Positions 13,776 to 27,973 of a DNA stretch of 64,000 bases are shown here, piece after piece. The position numbers and the translations under genes were made by a program. Numbering within the stretch: the stretch's first letter is position 1; the number at the start of each line of letters is the position of its first letter. Below the pieces are notes generated by a model that was not told the origin of the DNA, made no database searches, and worked only from the letters and a program-made list of their open reading frames with translations. Where the stretch lies: contig NC_043009.1 in the NCBI RefSeq assembly GCF_006345805.1, positions 24,490,001-24,554,000 of the forward strand, given 5' to 3'. This stretch comes from Octopus sinensis (taxonomy: Eukaryota).

Positions 13776-14529
13776 GCTCTATAGATTTGCCAACTCACTA
13801 CCCAAGCATGGATCTTTTTTGTTGTTGCTGTGCATCGTCCCCGAAAATGGAGAATGTAAAGTTAACAGAGCAATTTGAACTCAGAGGCCATCGAGCTTCG
13901 GAACAAATGTTGCATCGCATTTGAGCCAACGCTTTCTTCACTCAACCAATTTGTTGTCAGCTCACTTACGGAGATTTTTTGCCGGGATTTGTCTCAGGAG
14001 CATTATATGGCGTATATCGCAGGAATATATCTTACACCATCCAAACGAAATGGTTTATATCTTACTATTTACTATCATCTTGTTCTACAGAGTGGATATA
14101 GATTTAAAATCAACTAGTATAGATGCTGGTAAATCAGAAGATGAAAAAAAAAAGAAAATGGACAATCTGTTTCAACTCTCCATTTAACATCAAGCCTGCA
14201 ACAGCATCACAAATTTACTAGTGATGTTTAATAAAGTGTTTCATTCAGTATTGACACGGTCTCCGTCTATCACTAATGGCCAAAGAAACAGGCCCCATTT
14301 GTACGATTCACGAGAATAGTGTATTTTGCGGGTGACAAGTTCGATCAACAGGTGGCTGTCTGTGTCTAACAAGCTGAATTTGTACGCTTTTCAGGAACTT
14401 TTTGAAATGTAGCGAAGGCGCATAACCGGTAACTGTTGCCCATGTTTTGTGTCGAGACTAAAAATTTATATAAACTTATATATATGTATATGTGAATGTA
14501 TGCATGTATGTATATATATATTAATGTCA

Positions 14530-15075
14530 GGTCACTTTCGAGTGCTACTGGTAACATACAACCCAGTACAACCTGTTGCATGGTCGGGTCGTCGACGACT
14601 AAACCGGCAACTCCGCCAAGCTTGCTTGGTGAGGAGCGTGTTTATTGGACACCCTGCGGGATGAAAAACAAAACCCGTCAAAGGGCGGAGGAACTCTTGA
14701 GTGTCAACGGCCATTCAATAAATGTCTTAAGGCTGTATCATGCGCGGGGACATAGAAATAATCGGACTGAATACCTGATCGCGCGGTTAAACCATTGGGA
14801 GTGAAGGACTCCTAGCCTTTGTCAGGGCATCCTTCTAGGAGAAGATAACTCAGGTAACTGGAATAACTCCGACATAAATCTGCGAGTCAGTGGTTACCGA
14901 TGATGTTGACTTGTTCTTCTTTTCGGATTATGGCTGCTGTTGCTTAGTGAGTTGGATTGACTCAGAGCACAGCCTTTCCTCACTTAAAAAAAAATCTTGC
15001 ACAGGCATTGCACGATAACAACATTGATTAAGCTTCGTGCAATGGCCATACTCGATAACGAGGGGGCGGCCACCA
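14530..15075 (+). mobile_element. RTE-like 5' UTR / non-autonomous derivative with structured leader
   Basis: GC-richer island between TA repeats with several hairpins; GGGCATCCTTCTAGGAGAAGATAACTC resembles RTE-clade 5' UTR motifs (from memory); no ORF follows. Confidence 0.5.
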
Positions 15076-15081
15076 TATCTA

Positions 15082-15123
<42 letters not shown>

Positions 15124-15128
15124 CATAT

Positions 15129-15346
15129 TAGTTATCGCCATACTAATATGGCATTCTTATAAAAATAAGAATAAAGCTGTCCGCTTATTAGCTCCATGAG
15201 GCCATCGCCTTAAGTTAGCTATTTGATACACAAACTGTATCCATATATGGATACAGCTAACTTAAGGCGATGGCCTCATGGAGCTAATAAGCGGACAGCT
15301 TTATTCTTATTTTTATAAGAATGCCATATTAGTATGGCGATAACTA
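15129..15346. repeat. Perfect inverted repeat, 92-bp arms
   Basis: 15129-15220 equals the reverse complement of 15255-15346. Confidence 0.95.
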
Positions 15347-15504
15347 TTATTTTCCGGAAACGCTGCCGTTGTTCTCTTTTAGAGAGACTTAGTAATTTTA
15401 ATATTTCTATATATATACATAAATATATATATGCATATACACATACATGTATATATATATAGTCACCATGATAGATCGCTATTATGGCCATGATATATCG
15501 CCAT

Positions 15505-15670
15505 TAAACCTGTTTTATTTTCTTGCCTTGTTTATTTCTGTGTTTCTTCCTGTTTAAGAGCGTGGGCTAGAAACGTAAAAGACTTTCTCACTTCCCGAGC
15601 GTTAAACTAATACCAGTTTGTTGTTTACACCCCCGCCTTCATCTTTTTTTTTTTGTAAATTCTCACTATA
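15505..15670 (+). mobile_element. Diverged solo Penelope pLTR relative
   Basis: CTGTTTAAGAGCGTGGGCTAGAAACGTAAAAGAC..GAGCG..ACTAATAC aligns with 52548-52680. Confidence 0.65.
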
Positions 15671-15695
15671 TATGGATATACATATATATGTAAAG

Positions 15696-15733
<38 letters not shown>

Positions 15734-16466
15734 GTAATATATAATACATACTAGTGTGTACAAAGAATTTTGTAAGTTATATTCGTATGTACAAAGAACG
15801 TATTGTAAGTTAAACGTCGATGTTAATAGCAGTCCGACATTGCTTTCTGAAAGAGAATTTACCAAAAGGTTCAGTTTGTTTCCCAAACACGCTGGAAAGT
15901 TGAAGAAATTGTTATAATGTGTGTGGCAAGACTTTTCTATGATCCATATCCTTTCGATATGATGGATATCTGTTGTTCGACGACGAAGATTGAGTTGTTT
16001 GTTCTACACAATTGCCAGCTCCTCAATTAACGATTGCTGGCCGTTAAAGGAAATTAAGAGTAAATGGCTGAATATCCTACAAAGATGTATGCCTTTAACA
16101 TAATTCTCAGCCAGAATGATCAGTATCCTTCAAATTACTAATACATTCTACCTGATTAATATCTACGCAGTTTACAATTTTCAGCAAAAGGTATGAGTGA
16201 AGCTGATATATAACATCCATTGAGATCGAACTCGGGGCCGTCGTGTATTTAAAATCAACTTCCAAACCATGCGGCACTATTTTCCATGAAAGTTCCCTAT
16301 ATGAATAAATCAATAATAGGTCTCCTTTACAGGAAGAAAATTCAATATCCGCATGCTATCAGCAGTATATTGTATTCGGACCAGCTACTCGAACTTGGCC
16401 ATGATTTAGCATCCATAAGAGATCACATGCCAGCTCGCTTTTAGCTTTCCACCAATATCTCGCAAA

Positions 16467-17068
16467 GTTGGCGCGATGACGATAGATTTTGAAAATTTAG
16501 AGTATATATTCTCAAGGCATCGATGCTGTTGCCTCGTGGAATATTTATTCCTCCTGGCTTCTTTGCCGATGAGACGGGCCACTAGTAAATTGACTTGATT
16601 AAATTTAATTTAATCTAATTAGGCTGGTTTACCAAAAAGTACGTCGAAACTATGCATAGTCCAAAGATGATTAGGGTAAATGTTTTTAATTTTCCTTCGA
16701 TTTCTGAATTACTACTATTTAGCGGTTTGAGTTTAGCTGCTTGTTTAATGAGTTGAATGGCCTATTAAGGCCATTCCTTAATATTATTGTTGAATGTACA
16801 TAATATAGTCTGTTGACTATTCTTTCTTTTTCACTAGACCGCTGGTGGCGAAAAAATTTCTATTGAATTTTTTGCTACCCTTATATTGATTAATTAATGA
16901 TTTTTTGGCTAATTCTGAAATTAAATCAGCAGTTTATATTTGCTGCTGATAAGTTGGCGCGATGACGGTAGATTTTGAAAATTTAGAGTATATATTCCCA
17001 AGGCATCGATGCTGTTGCCTCGTGGAATATTTATTCCTCCTGGCTTCTTTGTCGATGAGACGGGCCAC
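16467..17068 (+). repeat. Direct repeat of about 117 bp (16467-16583 / 16952-17068), probable PLE partial tandem
   Basis: Near-identical copies; the first supplies the 5' half of a hammerhead motif. Confidence 0.8.
16560..16667 (+). ncRNA. Type I hammerhead ribozyme-like motif (U4C core variant)
   Basis: P1 TCTTTG/CAAAGA; CCGATGA; P2 GACG/CGTC; GAAAC-TATGCATA-GTC. Confidence 0.7.
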
Positions 17069-17896
17069 TTATGAAAGGTTTGAGAAAGAACATTTGGTAT
17101 TATTTATAATGGTAGGTAAACCGTGTATCACTGGGAAAGTATGTTTGTAAATCTTCATAATCAAATAGGCGTACATGGTATTATTAGACTCCAAAAATCG
17201 TCCATACCGTTTTCTTAGTCAATATAGTGTGAATACTGGGTAGATTCCGGTTGGGTTCATTCTTCTGGTAAGGGAGGGAAAAAAAGGAGGATTGGATATT
17301 GAGAAAAAGAGAAAAAGGAGAAAAGAAGGGAAGGGGAGGAAACGTTAATGAAGTTGGGATCACAAAAAATATATAAATATAAATATAATTATAAAAGATA
17401 ATAAAATATAATAAAAGGTAAAGATGTAAAAATATGAATATATAAAGATATAAAGAACGTCAGGTATAGGGTCATAAATTCTTGAAATGTATTGTGAAAG
17501 TGTAAAATGTACAAAAAATAAAGAGTAAAAAATAAAAAAACAAAAATAAAGATAAAATGAAATAATGATACAAAAGTATACAAAGTGGTCGTAAAGACAA
17601 AAGAATTAAGATAGAGATAACGGGTTAAAGTTCTGATGCTGTGGTGAGCGTCGTAAATTACTTTTAATTATCTGGTGGCGGGGGGAGGGAAATATGATAT
17701 AGTGGAGGCGAGTGGTCAGTTTATAGCAGTCCGACGCGACATGCTTTAAGCATATCTTGTATGTGTGTACGTGTGTGTCTACATACTTACCCACTTTCAC
17801 ATATATAAACCTGTCTCCTACAACTAGTGATATGTCCGGATGTAGATATCATTACACACCCCATGTCAACCTCAATCAACATATATATACATTTTA

Positions 17897-18350
17897 ATTA
17901 TTATTGTTCGACCGTGGTCGAGACAATGGAATTTACCATGCTACGCCAGACTTCACGGGCCATCATGGCATTACGGAGGTCCTGTTGCTGGATGCCTGTA
18001 TCACTGGAGATTACATCAGGGTAGGAGAGTTTGCGCCCTCTGGTATTGCGAGTAGATGGCTTCCAGAGGAGAAGAGTAGAAATTACCTCTTTTTCAGCTC
18101 TACAGCAATATCCAGCAAACTGGACTCTCCTAGCTTTCACAAGAGATGACACAGGTGGTAGTTTCCCATATATTTGCATTTTGGTTGGATGGCGCTTCCA
18201 CGAGATATTTTGAGCTCTCATAAGGAGGCGAGTGTAGATTCCATCCAACCACCTCTCAAGCTTCTTTGATAACGTCCAGGTTTCTGAGCCATATAGTAGG
18301 ATTGGTTCGACTGTGGCTTAGAAGATTTCAAGTTTGAAGTCCCTACTTAG
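17897..18350 (-). mobile_element. RTE-clade LINE 3' fragment
   Basis: LLYGSETWTL..DGIYTRLL..NISW..RRVQFAGYCCR..LLWKP..GRKLSYPD..DTG..AM..REVWR, then stop and a TAA tail. Confidence 0.88.
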
Positions 18351-18354
18351 ATTT

Positions 18355-18629
18355 TACATATACATACGTATACATACACATATACACACATATATATACA
18401 TATATATACACATACATATGCATATACACACACATACATATGCCTACACATACACGCACATATACACACACGCACACATACACACACATAAATATATATA
18501 TATATATATATACACATACATGTATGCGTCTGTACATGTTCACACATGTTCACGATTACACACACCCATATATACATATATGTATATGCACATATACATA
18601 CACATATATATGTATATACATACATATAC

Positions 18630-18660
<31 letters not shown>

Positions 18661-19110
18661 TATGTACATATGCACACATATATTCCCACATACACATATA
18701 TACATGCATATATACACACAGATACACATGCACACATACATACACATATATATAGATACATATACATATATATATATACATATACCTACATATATACACA
18801 TATACACATATACACATATACAAACACATACATTCCCGAAAACAAGCTGACACGTGTACATATAAAAAAATTATATATGAAAAACTATATATATAAAACA
18901 CGATATATATACACATATACATACACATACACATACATATGCATACATATACATATATATATACATACACATGCATATACACATGCATATGTATACACAT
19001 ACATATGTGTAAACACCTACATATACACACCTACATAAGTATACACTTATATATACCTACACATACACATATCTATACACGTATGCGTACCCCCATACAC
19101 TCGTATATAT
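18355..19110. repeat. Compound (CA/TA)n microsatellite
   Basis: Read directly from the sequence. Confidence 0.95.
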
Positions 19111-19117
19111 GCACATA

Positions 19118-19408
19118 TGCGTACAGTACGTCACAAAATGTAAACAAAAACAAATACGAAAAGAACGTTAGGCACGCAAAGTATGAAAGAAAAAATAGAA
19201 AACAAGACAAGTAACACAAAAAGCAACCCTTCATCAGTTTTATCTTGTCGTTTATAGCTCGAAATAAAGAGTAGAATTACAGCCGACAGCGAATGATGGG
19301 CGGTTTTACGTTAGATGTCTTATTTTCCTTTTGTTTCTTTCGTTCTTTGCGCACCCAACGTTATTTTCGTATTTCATATTGATTACGTTTTGTGATGTTC
19401 TGTACCCA
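19118..19408. mobile_element. Old TIR element (TA|TG...CA|TA) with long imperfect inverted arms
   Basis: About 19118-19210 is the inverted match of about 19317-19408; termini related to 61082-61555. Confidence 0.6.
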
Positions 19409-19434
19409 TATATGTAAATTCCATCTAGCTTTGA

Positions 19435-19590
19435 TTCCATGTCGTCCAAACACCGGCATATGTAGATCAACTCCTCAGAGACACTAGATGCCTTCCCGAA
19501 CGAATCCCTTAACTTATACAGGACCTACATGATGGATGGCTCGTGCGGGCTAAAAATGTCCGAGCAAGTTCGACCAGATGTAGATGATTC
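19435..19590 (+). mobile_element. Degraded RTE 3' fragment
   Basis: Encodes RP..YVDQLLRDT-like RTE C-terminal motif. Confidence 0.45.
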
Positions 19591-19770
19591 AGCAAAATCT
19601 ATTCACCAGCAGAAATCGGCAAAGTAAACAATATTGAAACGTCGTAGCGGAGGTCGTATAGTAATCCAATGGATCAATAAATATCGAATATTTAAACTAT
19701 ATCAACATAGCATGACTGACATTTTATTGATTTTCTTTTAATTCTCATTTTCGTTGAGTACTAATTATTC

Positions 19771-20167
19771 CTTTACTAGTTTCAGTTATTTGATAGCGGC
19801 CATGCTGGAGCAGCGCCTTTAGTCGAATAAATCGACTCCAAGATTTATTCTTTGTAAGCTTAGTGTTTATTCTATCTGTGTCTTTTGCCGAACCACTAAG
19901 TTACGGGGACGTAAACAACCAGCATTGGTAGGGGGTAGGGGGTAAACACAGATATACAAATACATACACACACATACACAGACATATTTATGCATATATG
20001 TATGTATTAATGGCATCTTTCGGTTTCCATCAACTAAATCCACTCACAAGGCTTTGTTCAGCCCGAGGCTATAGTAGAAGACACTTGCGCAGGGTTCCAC
20101 GTAGTCGGACTGAACCCGGAAACATGCTGTTGCGAAGCAAACTTCTTACCACACAGCCAATCCTGCG
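19771..20167 (-). mobile_element. tRNA-derived SINE (family A)
   Basis: Aligns end to end with 38321-38710. Confidence 0.85.
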
Positions 20168-20279
20168 ACTAACATGAAATTTCCTTAAATATTTCTTATT
20201 CAAATGTGGAATTGGACAAAAGAACGAAGGAATTATTCTTTCTAAATCATGGAATTATTTTTTATTAATTATATCTTTT

Positions 20280-20495
20280 ATTTATTACTTCAGTAGATAG
20301 ATTACGTCCATTCTGGAGCAACACACCGGAGAACTTAACATTGAACGAATCGATTTCAGTATTTATTACTTTTAGGTAATGCCTAGTACTTATTCTACTT
20401 GTCCTTTAGCCGAACCGCCAAGATATGAGGACATAAGCACACCAACAGCGATGTCAAGCCGTGGCGGCGGGATAAACAGACACAAGAACACACAA
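20280..20495 (-). mobile_element. SINE family A 3' half, diverged
   Basis: CTAGTACTTATTCTA..GCCGAACCGC..CACCA..TGTCAAGC matches the family A tail. Confidence 0.65.
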
Positions 20496-20801
20496 AAATG
20501 CGTCAGAGATAGGGATGACTTGCAAGTAATCGAAAAAAGAAAATCAAAGAAGGAATCATAGAAACATGGACACTAATTCTATGACCGTTGAACGTACGAC
20601 ATTACATTCATTCACAATTTTCAATCTACATTTGATATCGTTTTATTTGGCGGCTGGTAAATATCTTTTGCCGTAGGCTTGAAGCAATCTGCATTATTAA
20701 ACTTTCTTGTGTATTCTATATGGAGAATAACTTATTCTCATCTATGAGCTACATATATATAGACGCAATCATCTCTGAACTATACGCATACACACACACA
20801 C

Positions 20802-20880
<79 letters not shown>

Positions 20881-21253
20881 AGTATGTGTGTGTGTGTATG
20901 CATACAATCTTCTTAAACAGGCTCGCTTACATGTGTCTCTCATATATATAATATTGATTTAATAAATTTCGAACAAACCTACTGCTTGCACAACAAGACA
21001 TATACTCCTAACGGTTATGAAGTCAAATTGTTATTGTTATAAAGGAACAGAATAATGAGTATCAGCTGCGTCCAAGATTTGTCGATTGTCACAGCAAAAT
21101 ATTGTGAAAAGAACGATCGTTGAAATTCCAAACACGTCAGGCTGATAGCAACCTTTAGTTGTGACTCTTTACTCTATGTTAGAAAATTAACGTTCTCTGA
21201 TACAAGTAGTTCAGCAAGTGTTTAAATGTATATAAATCGAACCATTTAATCAT

Positions 21254-21351
<98 letters not shown>

Positions 21352-21352
<1 letters not shown>

Positions 21353-22362
21353 TAAGGTATGTAGAAAAATACAACATGGACAAGAACGTATAACTCATAG
21401 AAGACGATACAATAAACATGGACAGGACATTCGAACCCCTCAGTCTTCAGTCAAGAACCGGATCATCGTAGTAATTTCGGCTGATTAATCTTGAGATTAC
21501 TAGATCACGGCCAGCCCTCCAAGAAAAACTAAGCTGGAAGCGTAGATTTCCTGAAGAAGGATCGAATGCATACGAACACCAGGACAGCAAAAGGGACAGA
21601 TATAAAAAAAAAAAAAAAAAAAAAAAACAATAATGGAATACAGAAACATGAAATACAGAAGCATTAACGGTGAAAACAACAAGTGTCTTACGACTGATAA
21701 CAAGCAAACAAATTTTTTCTCTGGCGCATTGGAAAAAGCCTTATAGCGGCGGACGAAGAACAACGATGTTACACGACGAGGGTCAGGAGCTGAAAGGCAG
21801 ATTTCGGCCAACAGTCACGTGACAGAGAAGAGAGAGAGAGAAAAGGGGGACAAAACGCAACAAAGAGAGAGAAGAGAGAGAAAGAAGGAATCAGAGAGGA
21901 GAAGGATGGGTGTCGAAGAATGACCTGTGAGTGCAGAGCGAGACAAAGAAATAGGAGGGTAGTGGAAGACTAGACCAAAGGATCAGAGGAAGAGAAGATG
22001 AATAGAGAGAAAGTAAAAATGAGAGAGAGAGAGAGACAAACAGAGAGTCGTACCAATTATTAAGAATATGTGTTCACATTAATGATAAAGGGGGTACGGG
22101 GCGCCTGGAATATATGTTAAGGTATGTAGAAAAATACAACATGGACAAGAACGTATAACTCATAGAAGACGATACAATAAACATGGACAGGACATTCGAA
22201 CCCCTCAGTCTTCAGTCAAGAACCGGATCATCGTAGTAATTTCGGCTGATTAATCTTGAGATTACTAGATCACGGCCAGCCCTCCAAGAAAAACTAAGCT
22301 GGAAGCGTAGATTTCCTGGAAGAAGGATCGAATGCATACGAACACCAGGACAGCAAAAGGGG
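21352..22362 (-). mobile_element. Non-coding element with ~245-bp near-identical direct terminal repeats (PLE-type partial tandem)
   Basis: 21352-21596 matches 22117-22362; purine-rich spacer; no TG..CA ends; embedded in TA/TG microsatellite. Confidence 0.7.
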
Positions 22363-22861
22363 ATATATGTGTGTGTGTGTGTGTGTGTGCGTGTGTGTGT
22401 ACGTATATATATATATATATATTATATATATATATAAACACACACACATATATACCGATATAACAAATATATGCATACCTACATAAATGCATAACTTCCT
22501 GGTGCTAAAACAACGGTAACATCGTCTTTACAGGACTGCCACGTTATGCTGGCATACAAACATTCTTATGTGTGCCGTAAGCTTGAAGCAATCTGCATTA
22601 TTAAGATTTCTTATATATTCTATATGAAGAATATCTGATTCAGATATTCTCATTTTAAAAATCAACTCTGGCTAATCATTGTTATTTATTTTACATATAT
22701 TCCACATATATTTTACATAAATATGTGTATGTGGGGGGTGAAAGTGTTTGTTTCATTGCGTGCGTGGGCGCGTGGGTGGTATGGAAATAAAAAGTATTTG
22801 TTACTGAATGGTGTTTCATTGGTGGGGGTTTGCGCTTTCAGAGTGCTCTTGTTGTTGGTGA

Positions 22862-23962
<1,101 letters not shown>

Positions 23963-24036
23963 ATAATAATAATAATAATAATAATATAATAATAATAATA
24001 ATAATAATAATATAATAATAATAATAATAATAATAA

Positions 24037-24098
<62 letters not shown>

Positions 24099-24101
<3 letters not shown>

Positions 24102-24612
24102 AGACCAAACCATCAAAGCCAATAAACCGGATATTGTTGTGAAAGACCAAAACAATAAAGTTTGCTTATTGATCGACATGAGCATCCCCTGTGATCATAA
24201 CATCTCGGCGAAAGAGTTGACAAGCTCAGAAAATATAAAGACCTGCTCATTGAAATTGAGAAAATGTGGCATCTCAAGGCGGTTACAATACCAGTGATCG
24301 TAGGAGCACTAGGAATGATCAAGAAGGGAACCGAAAATTATATGAGAATGATCCCTGGCTTACCATCCCTGCAAGAAGTGCAAAAGATTGTCTTAACTGG
24401 TACATCACACGTATTGAGAAGAGCATTGTCGATGTGAGAACTATTACTACCCATGTAATTTAATTTAACTTTATTTCTATAAGAAAAAAATGAACGAACT
24501 AGTGTGTTTAGTTTAATGGCCTACCAATGTATACGATGAGTTTCTTTGCCCTATGAGTCGGGAAGACACTCGGCAAGAAATGGAAGCAAATTTGAAAGAA
24601 GAAGAAAAGAGG
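24099..24612 (+). mobile_element. R4/Dong-type 3' fragment, copy B (1-bp deletion)
   Basis: Same 5' breakpoint and near-identical sequence to copy A. Confidence 0.9.
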
Positions 24613-24621
24613 ATAATAATA

Positions 24622-24684
<63 letters not shown>

Positions 24685-24688
24685 CAAC

Positions 24689-24755
<67 letters not shown>

Positions 24756-24987
24756 TAATAATAATAATAATAATAATGAGAAAAGAGGAAGAACAAAATG
24801 TTATTTATTTTACATATATTCCACATAAATTTTTTGGGTGGGTGGTAAATGCTTGTTTGATTGTGTGCATCGGTGGGTGGTATGGAAATAAAAAGTATTG
24901 GTTTATTGAAACGATCGTAACATCAACTTTAATTTGTCTTCTTCCCCATTTTAATTGTCTTTCTATGTCTGTCTAACTCACTCCCTG

Positions 24988-25027
<40 letters not shown>

Positions 25028-25997
25028 CATCTATCTATATATCTCTACCTTTCTATCTCAATACCTATATATCTACATACTGTTGAGAATGCATCTTTAT
25101 TCTTTATCCGTTTTTCTCTAATATTCCCTTTATTTAAAACATCTCGCAAGAAAAGGAATAACAACATACACAGATTGCTTGAGTAATAACTGGACAAATG
25201 AGATACTCATGTTCGATTTCTTTGTACGTATGTATGTACGTGTGTATGTATTGATGGATGGATGGATGGTTGGATGGATGGATGAATAGTTACATGACTA
25301 CGAGAAAATGGACGCTGCAGCCAATTGAAAGATGGCAATTTAGACAAAGTTCAGCTTTGTGAGTTTGTCACAATAGTGAATAAAATCGCAATTACTTTCA
25401 CTCATTCATTCATACCTTCCCTCCTTCATTCATTCATTGACACTTATTTAGTATTTATATTGATATGCCTCAGTTCCTATTGAAAAATAACGCCTGGTGC
25501 AGAACTAAAACAGAACGGAACATAATTCTGTCGAAATCGCCATGCTTCAGTTAATTCTTGTCTTATTCCAATCAACAAGAAAAGTGAAAACTGTGCAAGC
25601 ATCAAAACATTGTTTCTTGCCTATATATGTGGTAATATTTACCGATAAGGTACAGATACTGTAACATAAATGTGCAGTGATCCTGGTCATATCGTGGTAT
25701 TTTATAAGCTATTTCTTCAATATTGCCTATTAAGCGTTTTCTGCATGACTTCAAGGACTCTAGCATAACCACTATGCATGCTGATATAAGCGACCCCGGT
25801 GATGGTGACAACTATAACGGCATCGTCGTGTTAGCTATCCTTCAATATCTATTTTCACGTAACAGTTCATTTAGAATCTACACGGAATATCTCAATGTGC
25901 TTTTCGCTAAGAGTTATCCGTAATTGATATCATCTTCTATGTTCGTTACATAAGAAATGTGTCGATAATTGCAACGCTTGCGAATTACGATTATCAG

Positions 25998-26415
25998 GCG
26001 GGGGAGTGACTGTGAGGTAAAAGGTTTGGTTCTCAACCACAGGTGTTCTGGGTTCAGTCCCATTACGTGGCACTTTGCATCGGTGTTTTCTTTTATAGCC
26101 CCGAGCTTAATAATTCCTCGTGAGTGAATTTGCGAGACTGAAATTGTATGTATATGTGTATATGTGTGTGCGTGTGTGTGTGTGTCAGTGTGTGTTCATT
26201 CATATATGCTTTTATTCTTTAACTGGTTTCAGTCATCTGACTACAGCCACGCTAGAGCATCACCTTGAAGGGTTTTAGTCGACTCCAGGACTTACTTTTC
26301 AAGCTTAGTACATATTCTATCGGATTATTTTGCTGAACCACTAAGTTACAGGACGTATACACACCAACACCGGTTGTCAAACGCTTTTGGGGAGGCAAAT
26401 ATTGACACAAAGACA
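25998..26415. mobile_element. SINE family A fragments: plus-strand head and minus-strand tail
   Basis: GGTTCAGTCCC B-box head near 26050; tail GTTTCAGTCAT..GGTTGTCAA at 26225-26380. Confidence 0.65.
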
Positions 26416-26507
26416 CACACGCATACATATATATATACATGCATATATATGTACTTGCATACATCCATACATACACACGTGTATATATATATGCATACAT
26501 ACATACA

Positions 26508-26578
<71 letters not shown>

Positions 26579-27896
26579 TATATATATATTATATATATAT
26601 ATATATATGCATACATTCCTACACACACATATTCACACACATATAGTTTACAGTTCCGATATAGCGAGAGATAAATTTTTAATATACACAATTTCAAAAG
26701 AGCTACTGATAGTTTCACACTTTAATCTACATAAAATAGGCAGAATCCTATAGCATAAAATCTATCTCCAACCAATCTTTCAGCGTCATTTAATACGTTA
26801 GATGTATATAAAATCCAGGACGCTGTACTATGAGAAAACATGAGTAAAAAACCAGAAGCAAAACAGTTAAGAAGAAAAAAAAAACGTGAAAATTAGATCT
26901 TCCTCCTCTTTGACAGCAGAAATCTTGATTGCTTAACTTACCTGGTGTAAAATATTATGACAGAAAGGAGGGCAAAATCTGAGATAGCCACTCAATCTGG
27001 AACGGACGTTGTCTTCCTGTTCTACAAAAGAAATCTATCAATGAGCGTGCAGTTGCTAAAAATTTCGAATCTGGAATTAAGTATTGTAATGAAATTCTTA
27101 GCTGAAAAAGAATGTGTCTATGGACGCGGGTATGTATACATACATACATACATACATGCATATAAAGATATATATATATATATATATACACTCACACGTA
27201 CACACACATATGTATGTGTGTGTGTAGGCGTATATATATGTGTTCTTGTCTTTGTGCTTGTATTTGTCACCCACCACTCCTTGACCACCGTTCCTTGTTT
27301 ATGTCCCCATTGCATAGCGGTTTTACAAAAAGTGTCCGAGAGAATAAATAACAGGATTAGAGGAAAACATACTGGTGCCTTGACTCAGGATGGCTGTACT
27401 CTAATGAGTCGTGCTTTGAATTATAATTGTACCTGTGCTTTAACTACCAAATGTACACTTTGAATACTAGCCCACCCGAAGTTGCCCCTAGTTCTTTGAA
27501 ATAATCGCTCTCTTTTAAAGCGATTTGAAGTCGGAACGTGAGGAGTCGAGAAAAATGACGTTAAGCATTTTGTCCGATGCACTTCACGGTTCTGTCTCAT
27601 CACCGCTTTAAAGGCCAGCTCAATAATAACAACGTTAGTTTACTAAATACTTCATTAGGCCCTGGTACTGTTGTGTAGTAAGACATTTTGTACCCAGTAG
27701 CATCATGGCACATTAATCAAATGGTTCTTACTTATGCAGCGGGCCGACCAAGGTTAGTGTGTGGATGTGGTAGACGTAAACTGAAAGAAGCCTGCCACAT
27801 CTATTTATTTATCTATATATCTACGCACACACACATATATGTGAGTGTATGCTCCAGCATGGCCGCATTCAAATGACTGAAACAAGTAAAAGAATT

Positions 27897-27973
<77 letters not shown>

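Noticed and set aside
14609-14691. P1-type twister suggested by AACTCCGCC...GGCGGAGG
   Set aside because: Lacks the conserved P4/L4 element and the UAA cleavage loop; explained by simple hairpins.
21352-22362. LTR retrotransposon or TRIM
   Set aside because: No TG..CA termini, TSD or primer-binding site visible.
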